From Tortispora ganteri (lineage: Eukaryota): a DNA stretch of 64,000 nt. Position 1 is the stretch's first letter; every line of letters begins with the position of its first letter. Position numbers and translations under genes: made by a program. The notes below the pieces were generated by a model, which searched no databases, was not told where the DNA came from, and saw only the letters and a program-made list of their open reading frames with translations. Location: assembly GCA_003707115.1 (NCBI GenBank), contig PPNB01000011.1, positions 124,001 through 188,000 on the forward strand, written 5' to 3'. Positions 30,214 to 40,922 of the stretch are shown piece by piece.

Positions 30214-31140
30214 ATGCAAAAAGCGACCAGGTCAGTCGACAACCTGATCCGGCCTCTACTGAATACACGGCTAAAAGAATCGCGACCGCTTATTGTTGGA
30301 TTACACGACCCATCGAATGTACTTGGCCCGCAAATAGTGCGCGATCTATCGCGTACATTAGCCAACGCGATCTACCTTGATTTGGATGAGTTCTGCATGC
30401 CAAAGGCCAACCTCCAACGGCTTTACGCGAGTCTCCCCGATAATCCACTGATCCAATCGCCGGGGTTCATTGGTACCCACGATATCGATATGTGTCTGAT
30501 GACTCTCAGAGCGCTAGATGACCTCAAGCAAGGAACGCTTCCTCGTGTTGCGGTCCCTAGATTCACTCGACCTACCCACAAAGATCCGTACGGAAACCGC
30601 TTGAATATTCCCAGTTGGACATCTATAGAGTCTGCAGACATTGTTTTTGTCAGATCATGGTTCATGGGCTACCCTGCAGTAGAGCCCGCAGACATTGAAC
30701 AATGGTACACCGACGCCCTGCAAGGTGTACGACGCGCGCCGTTTCGAGCTACACCTATTGACCCATCTGCAGCCAGCCTCGAATCCTATTTCACAGTGAA
30801 CTCGTTTTTGTCAGAGTATATGTCGTTATTGTATCCGCGCATTGACGTACTCCTGTCCACAGAACCCATCGCATACTCTGCCATCTATACCTGGTTACTC
30901 GGCCCTAAATGGACCGCGTCACATCCAAGCAACCAATGGCAATACGCCTTTAAGCGTCTCAACACACAAATGACCCTCCACAGTCTCTACCTGCCGCATA
31001 TGCGCAAATACCCTCCTATCTTGCCATATTTACGCATGTCATTCACCACACAGCGGTCCTTCTACGCGCAGCAGCTTGTCCGCGAATCGCTGCATAATAT
31101 GCCTGCTGAGCCGCACGAGCTACAGTCGGCAGTAATGTAA
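30214..31140 (+). CDS. Divergent TDA10 / glycerate-3-kinase-like P-loop-fold protein, Walker A degenerate
   Basis: Family landmarks occur in order (PLIVGL, LDEF, DNPLIQ..G..GTHD, VPRF, DIVFVRSWFMGY), but the GxxGxGK[ST] motif is absent. Confidence 0.65.
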   Translation: MQKATRSVDNLIRPLLNTRLKESRPLIVGLHDPSNVLGPQIVRDLSRTLANAIYLDLDEFCMPKANLQRLYASLPDNPLIQSPGFIGTHDIDMCLMTLRALDDLKQGTLPRVAVPRFTRPTHKDPYGNRLNIPSWTSIESADIVFVRSWFMGYPAVEPADIEQWYTDALQGVRRAPFRATPIDPSAASLESYFTVNSFLSEYMSLLYPRIDVLLSTEPIAYSAIYTWLLGPKWTASHPSNQWQYAFKRLNTQMTLHSLYLPHMRKYPPILPYLRMSFTTQRSFYAQQLVRESLHNMPAEPHELQSAVM

Positions 31141-31224
31141 ATCCACAGATACGAAACAAATAGAAATAAGTTACGTGCTATATCATGAAAACCTTTTAGA
31201 CTTCTGTCTGTTACACAACCGGCA

Positions 31225-33504
31225 TCAATGGGCCACCGTCTCTACTCCGCGCTCGCGACATAGCGGACACGAGTTTCGTCCCGTAGTCAGCCATGTGTCA
31301 ATGCAATCGCGGTGGAAATAGTGCGCACATCCAGGCAGCTTGCGTAGCAGCTCTTCTTCCTCAAAATCAGACAAACACACAAGACATCTCCTCCCTTTGT
31401 CTATAGTCATATACTCCACGCCTTCTTCGGTAGATTCAATCATTCGCTCGTACCTCAAGTCGTCAGCATCAACAAGTCGTACTCTATACTCACCACCAGC
31501 AGCATTAACATCAGCCTCACCAGCAACTTCTGGCTTCGTGCTGCCAATGAAGTTGGCAAGAGTAACCATGTCTTCGTAGGTAGGGTTGTCAGTAAGCAGT
31601 GACGGCATAGAAAGAAGCGGATGCGACTCAGGGTATGATCCTCCAAGAACATATATAATCCAAGACCTCTGGCCTTGAACATTTCCACTGGCATTGTCAT
31701 TTAATACACCGTGATCGTGCGTATGCGCATCTTCCGACTCAGATATTGATTCTTCCTCATTTTCTGAGTCCGTGCTCTCCCCATCTTCCGAATCATGTCT
31801 AAAGAAACTGTTCGAAGAAGATGGCGCATAATCTGAGTCGCTGTCGCTGTCATTATCATTATCGTCAGATGTACGCGTGAGTTGAACCGTGTCTGTGGCA
31901 GTGCTAGCGCCAAGCTCCTCATGCTCAACGTTCACACTAGAGTCTGTAGACCGAACACCAATAATAATAACCGGAATCATACGGTCGGCATTGGCTCCAC
32001 CCTGCAGTTCAGATCTTCTAGCCAGTCTGAACATGCGGAATAAACTTAATGGAATAGCTTCGGGATCCGTCGCATTCACTTGACTAGTATCCGTTGTCGT
32101 TCCACCGCCATCTTCACGATCAGCAGTGTCATTAGCAGCGCTCCTAGGGCGTTCAGGAGTAGATTCTGCCAATGAAGTCATAAGCGAACTAAAAGGATTT
32201 GGAGTTCTTGCTTGAGCATTATCGGAGTCAAGACTTCCACGAGAATGTCTTTCTTGGTGCGCGGCAAAAGATCTTTCAACACCTCGCCTAAGATCTTCCA
32301 TTAGTCTGCCCGATTGGAGTTGTTCTAGGAACCCTTCAAAGGTTTGCAAATCACTTTGGTCTTCATTTCCGTCTTCAGCGACTGATGAGCTACCTTCATT
32401 CTCAGATTGCAAAGATCGAACCAAAGATTCGCGTGCTGCCGTAAATATAGAGTTGCCAGAGTCACCTATCAAAGAGGCCGCCGTTGCGGCAGCAGCAATA
32501 GAAAGCAGCCGTGATAATATTGTGGCCTGAACTGGACCGGTATTCGGGCGATTAAACTGAGAGGAGGAGATGCTAGATAGCAAATTGCGAATATTGGCAA
32601 CACTGTCATTAAGTGGAGGGTCTGAAGAAAGACCCAAGGGGGTAGCAGTAGCTGAAGCAGCAGAAGCAGTAGCGGCAGTAGCGGATGATGATGGTGATGC
32701 GTCGTCGTTGACCCAAGTAGAAGGTTGGTCGTAAGCACGCGAGGAGTCATCAGAGCGAGCGCTATTAAGACGGGAAGCAATGCCGCTCTGGGAAGAGCGT
32801 ACCCGTCTGAGGATATCTGGCATGCGGAACGGGGAATGGGTAGCTTGCTGGCTGCTAGACTGGGATCGAGTGGCGGTGGCTCCTGAAATCGAGGATCCAG
32901 TTCTCGATGAGTCAGGAGAGGATCGGTCATTCGAAGCAATACTTCTGGCTATCGAAGCAGAAAAATTGTTTTGGGTAGGTGAGGAGTTAGATCGAAAAGA
33001 GGACAGTCCTACTGAAGACGGTGAGGAGGACTGCATAGAACGGAAGCTGACAGAACGGCGAACGCCTGTGAAAGCGGACCTAAAGCTCCGAAACATGGAA
33101 TCTTGTCTAAGGGTGGTAGATAGAGTAGGCATTTCATCAGCAGTGGCTTCTTCAAAAGTCATATCGCGGAATGAAGGTCGGGAGGTAGCTAGGCGCGGAC
33201 GACGAGTCAAGGGAGGAGCGGTAGAGTCGTTTGATTCGATTGATGAGTCGTCATTTCTGTGAGATAAATCAACGCACACAGAAGAGTTCCGCGAGCCCCG
33301 AAGATTTTCTATATGGGAGCTTAAGCGGCGCTTTAGACGAGTTGTGCGTGAAAGAGAGCTAGTGTCTGGTGGTGTTACAGATGAAGAAGTGCAGGACGCA
33401 TCGGATGGTTGAGAGTGGCTACTATTCAAGGACGAGTCTGCTTGCGACTGATCAGCACCTCTTCGCCACGGACCATCTGATAGTACAGATACACTTTGTC
33501 CCAT
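31225..33504 (-). CDS. RING-H2 E3 ubiquitin ligase with long Ser-rich disordered region
   Basis: C-terminal CLVC...[20 protein letters not shown] and a conserved [22 protein letters not shown] block. MGQSVS start fits N-myristoylation. Confidence 0.88.
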   Translation of the reverse strand: MGQSVSVLSDGPWRRGADQSQADSSLNSSHSQPSDASCTSSSVTPPDTSSLSRTTRLKRRLSSHIENLRGSRNSSVCVDLSHRNDDSSIESNDSTAPPLTRRPRLATSRPSFRDMTFEEATADEMPTLSTTLRQDSMFRSFRSAFTGVRRSVSFRSMQSSSPSSVGLSSFRSNSSPTQNNFSASIARSIASNDRSSPDSSRTGSSISGATATRSQSSSQQATHSPFRMPDILRRVRSSQSGIASRLNSARSDDSSRAYDQPSTWVNDDASPSSSATAATASAASATATPLGLSSDPPLNDSVANIRNLLSSISSSQFNRPNTGPVQATILSRLLSIAAAATAASLIGDSGNSIFTAARESLVRSLQSENEGSSSVAEDGNEDQSDLQTFEGFLEQLQSGRLMEDLRRGVERSFAAHQERHSRGSLDSDNAQARTPNPFSSLMTSLAESTPERPRSAANDTADREDGGGTTTDTSQVNATDPEAIPLSLFRMFRLARRSELQGGANADRMIPVIIIGVRSTDSSVNVEHEELGASTATDTVQLTRTSDDNDNDSDSDSDYAPSSSNSFFRHDSEDGESTDSENEEESISESEDAHTHDHGVLNDNASGNVQGQRSWIIYVLGGSYPESHPLLSMPSLLTDNPTYEDMVTLANFIGSTKPEVAGEADVNAAGGEYRVRLVDADDLRYERMIESTEEGVEYMTIDKGRRCLVCLSDFEEEELLRKLPGCAHYFHRDCIDTWLTTGRNSCPLCRERGVETVAH

Positions 33505-33852
33505 TATTGGTAATGTATAGAGCTGCGACCTAGTAGAGATGATGACAGCTTAGGGGCCAGGTGTGCGGAAAGATGCAGGAATCAATAGGACGGATGGGTC
33601 AGGGCTGAGGGCCAAAAAGCGAGGGCTGGAGTTGAGCGGCTAACTTAGTCAAAAAGTACACCTACAGTAAACGTATGCAGAATGCAACACCAAAAGAGGT
33701 AGGAAAAGGGGACTCGCAGATGGTACAATAAATGGCAAAAAGGGTCCTGCTGGGGGGACTGTTACGCGGATGGGGGCTAGCTTTGTCAGCTGGTGCTGGT
33801 GCGCCTGGGTTGGAAAGACATAAATCAGGGTAAAGGGTTTATTGGAAATTTG

Positions 33853-33860
33853 ACCAATCA
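33853..33860. promoter_or_regulatory. CCAAT box (ACCAATCA, HAP complex type) upstream of QCR10
   Basis: Matches the TNATTGGT consensus. The same octamer lies upstream of DLD2 (43713-20), AAT2 (21873-80) and NMO copy 2 (18630-37). Confidence 0.5.
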
Positions 33861-33949
33861 TTGTACACCCAAAATTGCACCCGCTAAGTACATACCGGCT
33901 GTTTTTGTGCACACCACACTTACACACCATCTACATCTAATCTGCAAGA

Positions 33950-34195
33950 ATGTCTGTCACAAAGCAGTACCGATCAAAACCCACATACGTTGCTCTACCG
34001 CGATTTGCTGGCCTTTCATACCAGCGATACATACGCTGGGGCCCTACTCTTGGTTTGTGGGGAGGTGGAGCTGTACTCGCCCTGCTCTACTTCGCTGAGC
34101 CCATGCCCGACGTCCGCCGCGACCTGCTCAGCAAGATGCCTATCTTCGGCTCCTACTGGGACCGTCCTATTGCTCCCGAGGACAATCCTTACTAG
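33950..34195 (+). CDS. QCR10: Cytochrome bc1 complex subunit 10
   Basis: 81 aa with WGPTLGLWGGGA..ALLYF.E..P.VRRD.LSK.P.FGSYW....PEDNPY. Confidence 0.9.
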   Translation: MSVTKQYRSKPTYVALPRFAGLSYQRYIRWGPTLGLWGGGAVLALLYFAEPMPDVRRDLLSKMPIFGSYWDRPIAPEDNPY

Positions 34196-34294
34196 ACGCT
34201 ATACGATTCACGTAGTTATTCATTCCTGTGTTATTCAGCAGGTATTGCAACTGCAAGGGTCAGCCAAACCACTGGCCCGGCTGTAGCCTAATCT

Positions 34295-36316
34295 TTATAG
34301 AAATTGGACTGCCGGTTTCGAGAGGATCCGGAATCGCAATGCGATCTCCACGCCCTCGACAAATAATGAAACAACAATCAGCAGAATAATAATCCATGTG
34401 ATCTTCTGCATGTTGATATCCGCAATTGAGTCCTGGATGATGTCGGTCAATTCTAGAAACACCTTACATCGCTCATTTAGCACGAGGATTCGTTGGTCGA
34501 TCTCCAGGTACTCTCTCACCGCCGTATACAGCGGATGCAGAGTAGGTTCTGCCTCCCAGAAAAAGTCTGGAGTGTCGAGCACGTTCGACGATAGGTTCAC
34601 GTCCACTCGTAGCTTAAACAGTTTACCGGTCAGCTTCATTACTTGCTCGCGGTCCATGCCCAGCTTCCCCAATAGCGCCAAAGTCTTCGGAATGTGCTGG
34701 ATCTCTCTCATAGTAGATGCCATCCTCGCTTCAAACCGGCACAGTTTTGTAGACTGAGCGATAGCGTGCGACATCGTTAGTTTGATCATGTGGTCCCCTG
34801 ACCGCAGTGTGATCATGTCATTGTATATCCTCGGTCGCCGCGTGTACGGCAAGTACTCAAAGTTGAACTCCTCCGTCTCAATTTCCTGGTCCGAAATAGG
34901 ACGAACAATAAGCTTGACGCCTTCAGCCAGCTTCGGTACTCCAGTGTTTTCCAGCGCTGGGTTCCGCCAGTTGGCAAAAGCAAGATCGGCAAGGATATCT
35001 TTCTCTTGGATTTCGCTGAAGTTCCAAAACACAACAACACCGTAAGAAAATATAAACAGTTCTGCCATCTTGGTCATTTCCGGTGTTGACCAGGATTTAC
35101 GTCGGGCCGTACCTGAGACAAGGTCTGGCTGCTGTTCGTCTTCGTTATCTCGTGTAGCGGGCGAATGCTGCCGCGGAATAGATTCTGATCTGCTAGTATT
35201 CGTCTGACGTGGTGGAGACCGCGAGTTCCGTGCCTTATTAATGGCATTGAACGGCGTGATCGCAGCAGAGCTTCGAACTCTACATCCACTGATACCTGGT
35301 AGTAGTGGCAGCGCATAACAAACGTATGCAACTTCCTCGAACACCTTAGGAAGAACGTTGTGATTAGCGTGCAAAAACTTCGCGGAATCCAGCAACCTGT
35401 ATCCCTCTGCAGTGCAATATGCAGTGACTCGAGGCAGCTTCTCGGCTCTGAAGGCCTTAGGCATTTTCTCAGCATAAGTTCTTTTCGGCGCTGCGGCATG
35501 ATCTTGGCTTTGTAATGCTTCTTGTTGTTGGTACATATGCTCGCGGGCAATTTTGCGCTGAATTGCTTCGTCATCCCACATGGGCGACATGTCGTCATCG
35601 TATTCGTCCATATCCTCATAAGCGTAGCCGTACTGGTCGTAGTCCTCGTCGCTGTCCTCGTCGAGTACAGCGTAGCTACTTTCACCATCTGAGAAGCGTC
35701 TGCCTCTTTGACGAAGCCGTGATGGGTCATTATGTTCAGAGGTGATTGTTCGTGAGGGTGCAGCAGATGATTCTGGAAGTAAGACTAGTTTCTGAGAGAC
35801 TTTGGATGTTCTACCTTGAAGAGCAGGCTGTGGTGCTAATTTACGTGCAATTGCCCTCGTTCCAATTCTTTTCAGTGATCCAGATTGCGCAGTAGCTAGA
35901 GATGCATATGTTGAAGAGCCCTGTGGAGGGGCTAAACGTGTAGGAGAGGTGTTTAAGCTTCTTTCAGTATATGAAGGAGTACGGGCTTGCGAAGAAGGGA
36001 TATCACTAACATTAGACAAGATTCTATCAATCGATATATTACGAAACCTGCTTGGTTCAGGCTGAGATAGGCGCTGGACTCTAGGTGCAGTAAGTGGTTG
36101 ATTATTTGGGTTTGGTCTTAGTTTTTGAGGTGACAGAGACCGGGGCTGGTTTGCAACATTCTGGATTTGATCTGATGAAGTTTGATTGCCACTAGAGGAA
36201 TTGTCAACAGCATGCAGTGATTCATTTTCAGTAGCAGTAGACGAATCTGATAAAGGTCTACTAGATATTTTTTGATCCACTTGTTGATTAGAACGTACAG
36301 GTTTCTGTTCGCTCAT
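34295..36316 (-). CDS. RMD8: DUF155 family protein, Rmd8/Sif3-like
   Basis: RTSKVSQKLVLLPE, LPRVTAYCTA, FSYGVVVFWNF and RIYNDMITLRSGDHMIKL motifs plus a C-terminal TM. First ATG at 36316. Confidence 0.75.
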   Translation of the reverse strand: MSEQKPVRSNQQVDQKISSRPLSDSSTATENESLHAVDNSSSGNQTSSDQIQNVANQPRSLSPQKLRPNPNNQPLTAPRVQRLSQPEPSRFRNISIDRILSNVSDIPSSQARTPSYTERSLNTSPTRLAPPQGSSTYASLATAQSGSLKRIGTRAIARKLAPQPALQGRTSKVSQKLVLLPESSAAPSRTITSEHNDPSRLRQRGRRFSDGESSYAVLDEDSDEDYDQYGYAYEDMDEYDDDMSPMWDDEAIQRKIAREHMYQQQEALQSQDHAAAPKRTYAEKMPKAFRAEKLPRVTAYCTAEGYRLLDSAKFLHANHNVLPKVFEEVAYVCYALPLLPGISGCRVRSSAAITPFNAINKARNSRSPPRQTNTSRSESIPRQHSPATRDNEDEQQPDLVSGTARRKSWSTPEMTKMAELFIFSYGVVVFWNFSEIQEKDILADLAFANWRNPALENTGVPKLAEGVKLIVRPISDQEIETEEFNFEYLPYTRRPRIYNDMITLRSGDHMIKLTMSHAIAQSTKLCRFEARMASTMREIQHIPKTLALLGKLGMDREQVMKLTGKLFKLRVDVNLSSNVLDTPDFFWEAEPTLHPLYTAVREYLEIDQRILVLNERCKVFLELTDIIQDSIADINMQKITWIIILLIVVSLFVEGVEIALRFRILSKPAVQFL

Positions 36317-36463
36317 TTTTTTCCTCGTAGCGGTGGTGAAGTTAAGTGGAGCAAAGGGTTGAAAAAGGCTAGAAGCTCCCAGGGGGTCCAACCAAAGGGC
36401 TTCTAGTACGAATGATACTACAGTTTTTAAAAGTATAAAAATCTATTAAAAGAATGTTTAAAA

Positions 36464-38482
36464 CTACTTTTTCAGTGAATTCGTTTCTGAAATGTCACGT
36501 GAAGGGGTTTCAATGACCGAAGCAGGCGATAAGATGGTGGTATGGTGGATTGGTTTACCCCGCAGATCGCCCAATATGCCTTTAAATGAATGCGCAATTG
36601 CATGACGTCCTTCCCATAATGGCACAATACCTACACAAATAACCGAGCAGAACATCCAGATGATACCGACGACGACCCATCCGGTAAAGAATTTCTCAGA
36701 AAACACATAGGACGTTCCGTACATAGGCATCGGCCATAGTACAAGGAAACACACAGCCATTGTTATACAGACATAACGTGCGATCTTTGAAGCTTTTTGC
36801 ATTTGTTTTGCGCCTTCAATAGCCTTCTCGTGCATTATATCCTCATTCACAGGCACACCTTCGTCGTCCGTGAACCCAGAATCATCTGCAGATCGGATGT
36901 TCGCCATACTCTTCCAGTTATAATTATCTGGCTTGAATATCAGCGTAAGTATTGGCACGAATACCATTGGCGATAATAGTGCCGTTATATTACCTGCGAG
37001 CATAGGAATGTTGGATCCGGTGCTTTCGATAGTTAACTCACCGTATTTCAGCTTCGTCGTGACGAGCCACGCAGTCAAAGAGCATGCAAGCCCCATCGGT
37101 GGCGATAGACATGCAGCATAAATGTTCTGACCCTTCCACATTAGTGTGAGTACCGCAGGAATCACACCTGCCGAGACAATAATTCCCATGAACAGGTACA
37201 GCCATCCCATAGAGACACCTCCATAGTACAACCCGACTGCAAACGAACTCAGAATCAGGCCGTACAAGACAACTGACACGTGTGCAGCCACGATTAGCTT
37301 TTTTCCAGAAGCCCGCGGATTAATGTACGTCTGATATATGTCGTACGTGCAAATTGTCGACACAGCAATGAGTTCAGAGGATGCAGCTGACGTGACGGCC
37401 ATGAACACTAAAATAAGTGCAGCCGTAGCACCGCCTTTACCAAGCAGCGCAACTGCGGCATTAGGCAAAACTAGACCAGCCTCTACCTGTGCGCTGGTCA
37501 TTAGATTTGGGTACGTAGGGAACACTGGTGTGTTCTCTAGCGCTCGGCATGCCAGCCCCATAGTAGTAGCACACAACCAAGGGATTGCGAACCACGACAG
37601 CCCACCAGCTATGTATCCGGGAAGTGCTGCAGCGGGTTGAGCGGCAATAGCTTTGTTCCAGTATCCGTTGTCGAGGAAAACGGTGCCGAAATTTCCAATG
37701 ATATTTATGACAAAGAATATGGCGCCGTCTTGAGATCGCATTGTGAGATACGACCCGTCGGCGTTACCAGGAACTGGGTTTTCAGCTGATAATGCAGTAA
37801 GGAGACTGTACATTTTTGAGGTTGAACCAATAACGCTGCCGTTCACGTACGCTGCAATGGCGAATACAAGGAGAATAATGATCAGACCAACAGTGTGGAC
37901 GTAATCCGTCAAGAATGTCGCTTTAATACCACCAAAGAGCGTGTAGATAACGACACCGAGCGGCAAGAGGTAGCAACCGGCTACAGGACTGATACCAGTG
38001 AGGTCAGTAATAGTAGCAGACCCGCCAGCGAGGAGCATGACCGTGACCAGGATGTTGGTAAAGAGCCCGAATACCATATAGGTGATATGGCCCCATGCGC
38101 CGTACCGCGCACGAACAACCTCAAGGAACGTGTGTGCGAGAGGGGCTTTCTTTTTTAGTTCAATTGCTATTGTTGCGAATAGAATGATCTGCACGGTCGC
38201 ACCTGAAGCGTACCAGAAAGGCCCGCTGACGCCGTACTTGTAGGCGACTGTGGACGACTGGAGCAATGTGGCGGACCATGTCCAGGACGAGACCACTGCA
38301 GAAGCAATTAGCCCCGTCTTCACGGAGTGCCCGGCAGTTGAGAATTCTTCAGAGGTTACAACCTCATGCTGATATCGTTTCAGGACGATAGTGGTGAGGA
38401 CCATGCCCGCGGCAAAGGCCAGGCCGAGACCGATCAGTACGCCGTATCCTGCGCCCTGTGGAAGTGGAGCAGCATCAGACAT
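36464..38482 (-). CDS. DUR3: Urea/polyamine active transporter (sodium:solute symporter family)
   Basis: LPQGAGYG, ASAVVSSWTWSATLLQS, GGIKATFLTDYVHT and GNFGTVFLDNGYW motifs. Confidence 0.96.
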   Translation of the reverse strand: MSDAAPLPQGAGYGVLIGLGLAFAAGMVLTTIVLKRYQHEVVTSEEFSTAGHSVKTGLIASAVVSSWTWSATLLQSSTVAYKYGVSGPFWYASGATVQIILFATIAIELKKKAPLAHTFLEVVRARYGAWGHITYMVFGLFTNILVTVMLLAGGSATITDLTGISPVAGCYLLPLGVVIYTLFGGIKATFLTDYVHTVGLIIILLVFAIAAYVNGSVIGSTSKMYSLLTALSAENPVPGNADGSYLTMRSQDGAIFFVINIIGNFGTVFLDNGYWNKAIAAQPAAALPGYIAGGLSWFAIPWLCATTMGLACRALENTPVFPTYPNLMTSAQVEAGLVLPNAAVALLGKGGATAALILVFMAVTSAASSELIAVSTICTYDIYQTYINPRASGKKLIVAAHVSVVLYGLILSSFAVGLYYGGVSMGWLYLFMGIIVSAGVIPAVLTLMWKGQNIYAACLSPPMGLACSLTAWLVTTKLKYGELTIESTGSNIPMLAGNITALLSPMVFVPILTLIFKPDNYNWKSMANIRSADDSGFTDDEGVPVNEDIMHEKAIEGAKQMQKASKIARYVCITMAVCFLVLWPMPMYGTSYVFSEKFFTGWVVVGIIWMFCSVICVGIVPLWEGRHAIAHSFKGILGDLRGKPIHHTTILSPASVIETPSRDISETNSLKK

Positions 38483-38535
38483 GTTGGTTTTAGTTAGAAG
38501 TGGTGTGAGAGGACAGCGTGCTAGTGTTTTAATAC

Positions 38536-38901
38536 GATAAGACTAGTAGGCCGTTGATAGCTGATTAAAATTTAGACAGTTGAAAATGCCTAGTCTGTTA
38601 TTAAATATAGTGGACGCCAACACTTCGCCGGTCCGCTGTTGCACCAGCGCGCGCGGTAGAGCTGCCCAAAACAGGCTTATCAGAGTTTACACTGTGATAA
38701 AATCTCTTTAAAAATGTTCATGATGTAAGGATCCGAGCTGATTCCTAAGTACTATCACTGAACATCGAGGGAGTCTTATAACCTTGATCTGCGATCCATA
38801 TTTGTATAAGGTTTAGATGAACTTGTTGGAACCGTGTGATTGGCTGGATTATCTGCAACACTTATTTTAATATGATGCCGCACGGATACAGTTTAGATAA
38901 G
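38536..38901. promoter_or_regulatory. GATA sites (nitrogen catabolite regulation) upstream of DUR3
   Basis: GATAAG 38536-41, CTTATC 38676-81, GATAAA 38696-701 and GATAAG 38896-901. DUR3 is an established GATA-factor target. Confidence 0.6.
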
Positions 38902-39501
38902 AACAACATAGTCCAATAGCGACTAATCAATGGGTAACTGGAAAATGCTTTTTCAGGAACGCCAGTTGGCCGTAAAAGACCATGGTATGATGAAAGAATT
39001 GCTGTATAGGTGCGGCCGAAGTTAGATCGATCGGTATGATAATGGATCGGAGGGAACATAGCAGTTCAATGAAACAAGAAACGTGACAGGTTGAATAGAA
39101 CAAGATCTAATTTGTATATGACAACCGAATGGGTCTGTTTGAGGTATTGTAGAGCGCTAACAGGGCAAAAGTATGGGGAAAGCTGCATTGCGGTATATAC
39201 ATTTAAGTTTTAAGGGCTATTGGAAAGTGTAACACAGACTCGAGAAGTATTCCAATTCTCACATCGAAGTACGTAGAATGTAAAAGATCAGCAAATAGAT
39301 TATAAATTGAATCGACTATTACAATTTATTATAATCGTTTAAATCGAAACATTAAGCGTCGAGCATAGAATCATCAATCACTCCCCTACATCTACAGCTA
39401 ACTCAATAAAAAGAATAAGGCTTCATAGAGAGGCATAACCAACAGACCTGTTGGGTGGTTCGTACACTAAGTGGGTTCTTTTCGGAGGGGTAAAGCGAGA
39501 T

Positions 39502-39876
39502 TTACTCTTCATCATCATGTTGCTCGATAGCCTGAGTCTGAAGACCCTTGAAGGTGTCAACAGAAACGGACTGAACGTAAGCAAAGAGTTTCTCTTTTGC
39601 GTCTTCGTCATCGTTGCGTTTGCGGGATATACGCAGACGTAGACGGTGAGGAACACCCTTAATTCCATGGCCCCAGACGGCCTTGTTAAGAGCGGGATCT
39701 AAACGAACATCAGTAGTTCCCATGTGCTTCTCGGCAAACTTGCGAATCTCCTTGATGGCACGGGGAGCACGGCGCTTGAATTGAACACCGTGAATGCGTT
39801 TGTGCAAATTCAAGGTATATTCACGAGTAACTACAGCCCGTAAGGCGTCCACGTTGTCTTTTCTTGATGAAGCCAT
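39502..39876 (-). CDS. RPL31: 60S ribosomal protein L31 (eL31), intronless
   Basis: [29 protein letters not shown] and DVRLDP.LNKAVW motifs. Confidence 0.98.
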   Translation of the reverse strand: MASSRKDNVDALRAVVTREYTLNLHKRIHGVQFKRRAPRAIKEIRKFAEKHMGTTDVRLDPALNKAVWGHGIKGVPHRLRLRISRKRNDDEDAKEKLFAYVQSVSVDTFKGLQTQAIEQHDDEE

Positions 39877-39979
39877 CTATTTCTGTGTGGATATTAATGT
39901 GAATGGTAGAAAGGTAAATGGGTTTACTTGTTGCTTCCCAAATGGTTGCGTCTTTGCTGGGTCTCGTTCATTACACAAA

Positions 39980-39995
39980 CAGTCACAAAACCCTA
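39980..39995. promoter_or_regulatory. Homol-D box (CAGTCACA) with adjacent Homol-E-like ACCCTA
   Basis: Exact CAGTCACA at 39980-87 and ACCCTA at 39990-95, about 105 bp upstream of RPL31. Confidence 0.65.
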
Positions 39996-40120
39996 TAGTT
40001 TCTATGACAACACTCTTCAGCCCTCACACAGCCGCACCCGGGTCGTCCACTCTTACACAGGTTTTTTTCGAACCACTCTGCCGAGACCGTCTTTTTACTT
40101 CTCAACATCTCTTCTCACCC

Positions 40121-40720
40121 ATGAGATTCACACCGCGTACTGTTGCATCGCGATATTGCATACATGGTGCTAGATGCAAATCTACAACTGCACCTGCATC
40201 ACCTTTTGAACCGAGTCGCCCGTTACCTACCAAGTTCAATCAACGACACTCTTCAAAATCTGAACCTATCTTTCCACCAGGAAAACTCACATATTACCCT
40301 TCTCCTACTATAGCTAATCCTCTGTATACTCCTGCATTGTTTATACCTGGCTCAGAAGCGCGTCAAAAAAATCAAGCTATAAAGAAACTATGTCTACAGA
40401 ACGATGTCCGCTTCGAAGACCCTACTCTTCCACCACTGCTCTCATCGAGTAAGTATACTAAGTATAACGTCACCGCTGATCACGTCGAGCAAATCAGGAA
40501 ACTGCGCGCTGAGAACCCAGAAATAAATACTGTACAGACTCTCTCTCGTCAGTTTAACTGTTCTCCTGTATTCATATCAATGGTCGCACCTGCCCCTGAC
40601 TCCTGGAAATCGAAACTCGAACAAAAACTCGCAAAAACGAAATCACTTTGGACAAAAGAACGTATGTTGGCAGATATTCATCGTCAAGCTCAAAAACAGA
40701 ATTGGTTACAGGATAGTTAA
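40121..40720 (+). CDS. MRPL20: Mitochondrial ribosomal protein mL58
   Basis: Presequence-like MRFTPRTVASR; YNVTADHVEQIRKLRAENP...LSRQFNCSPVFISMVAP matches the MRP-L20 family. Start at 40121 is inferred. Confidence 0.8.
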   Translation: MRFTPRTVASRYCIHGARCKSTTAPASPFEPSRPLPTKFNQRHSSKSEPIFPPGKLTYYPSPTIANPLYTPALFIPGSEARQKNQAIKKLCLQNDVRFEDPTLPPLLSSSKYTKYNVTADHVEQIRKLRAENPEINTVQTLSRQFNCSPVFISMVAPAPDSWKSKLEQKLAKTKSLWTKERMLADIHRQAQKQNWLQDS

Positions 40721-40922
40721 CCAGTCAACTAAAAGACAGAAACATTCGCATACTCATGGACTAATGATCTTTGTCCTTGCGCTTTGTAAATATCATCGGA
40801 CCCACCTCTTCCTCCACAATATCTCTATCATTTCTCTAATGACATATATCTATTTTTAACAGTAAAATAAAATTGTAAATGTAGTCATTTTGTCATTTAA
40901 ATATAATAGATCAATAAGTTGA

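Noticed and set aside
39794..40120. N-terminal extension of the MRPL20 ORF (308-aa version)
   Set aside because: It overlaps RPL31 antisense and runs through the promoter elements; the presequence-like sequence starts at 40121.
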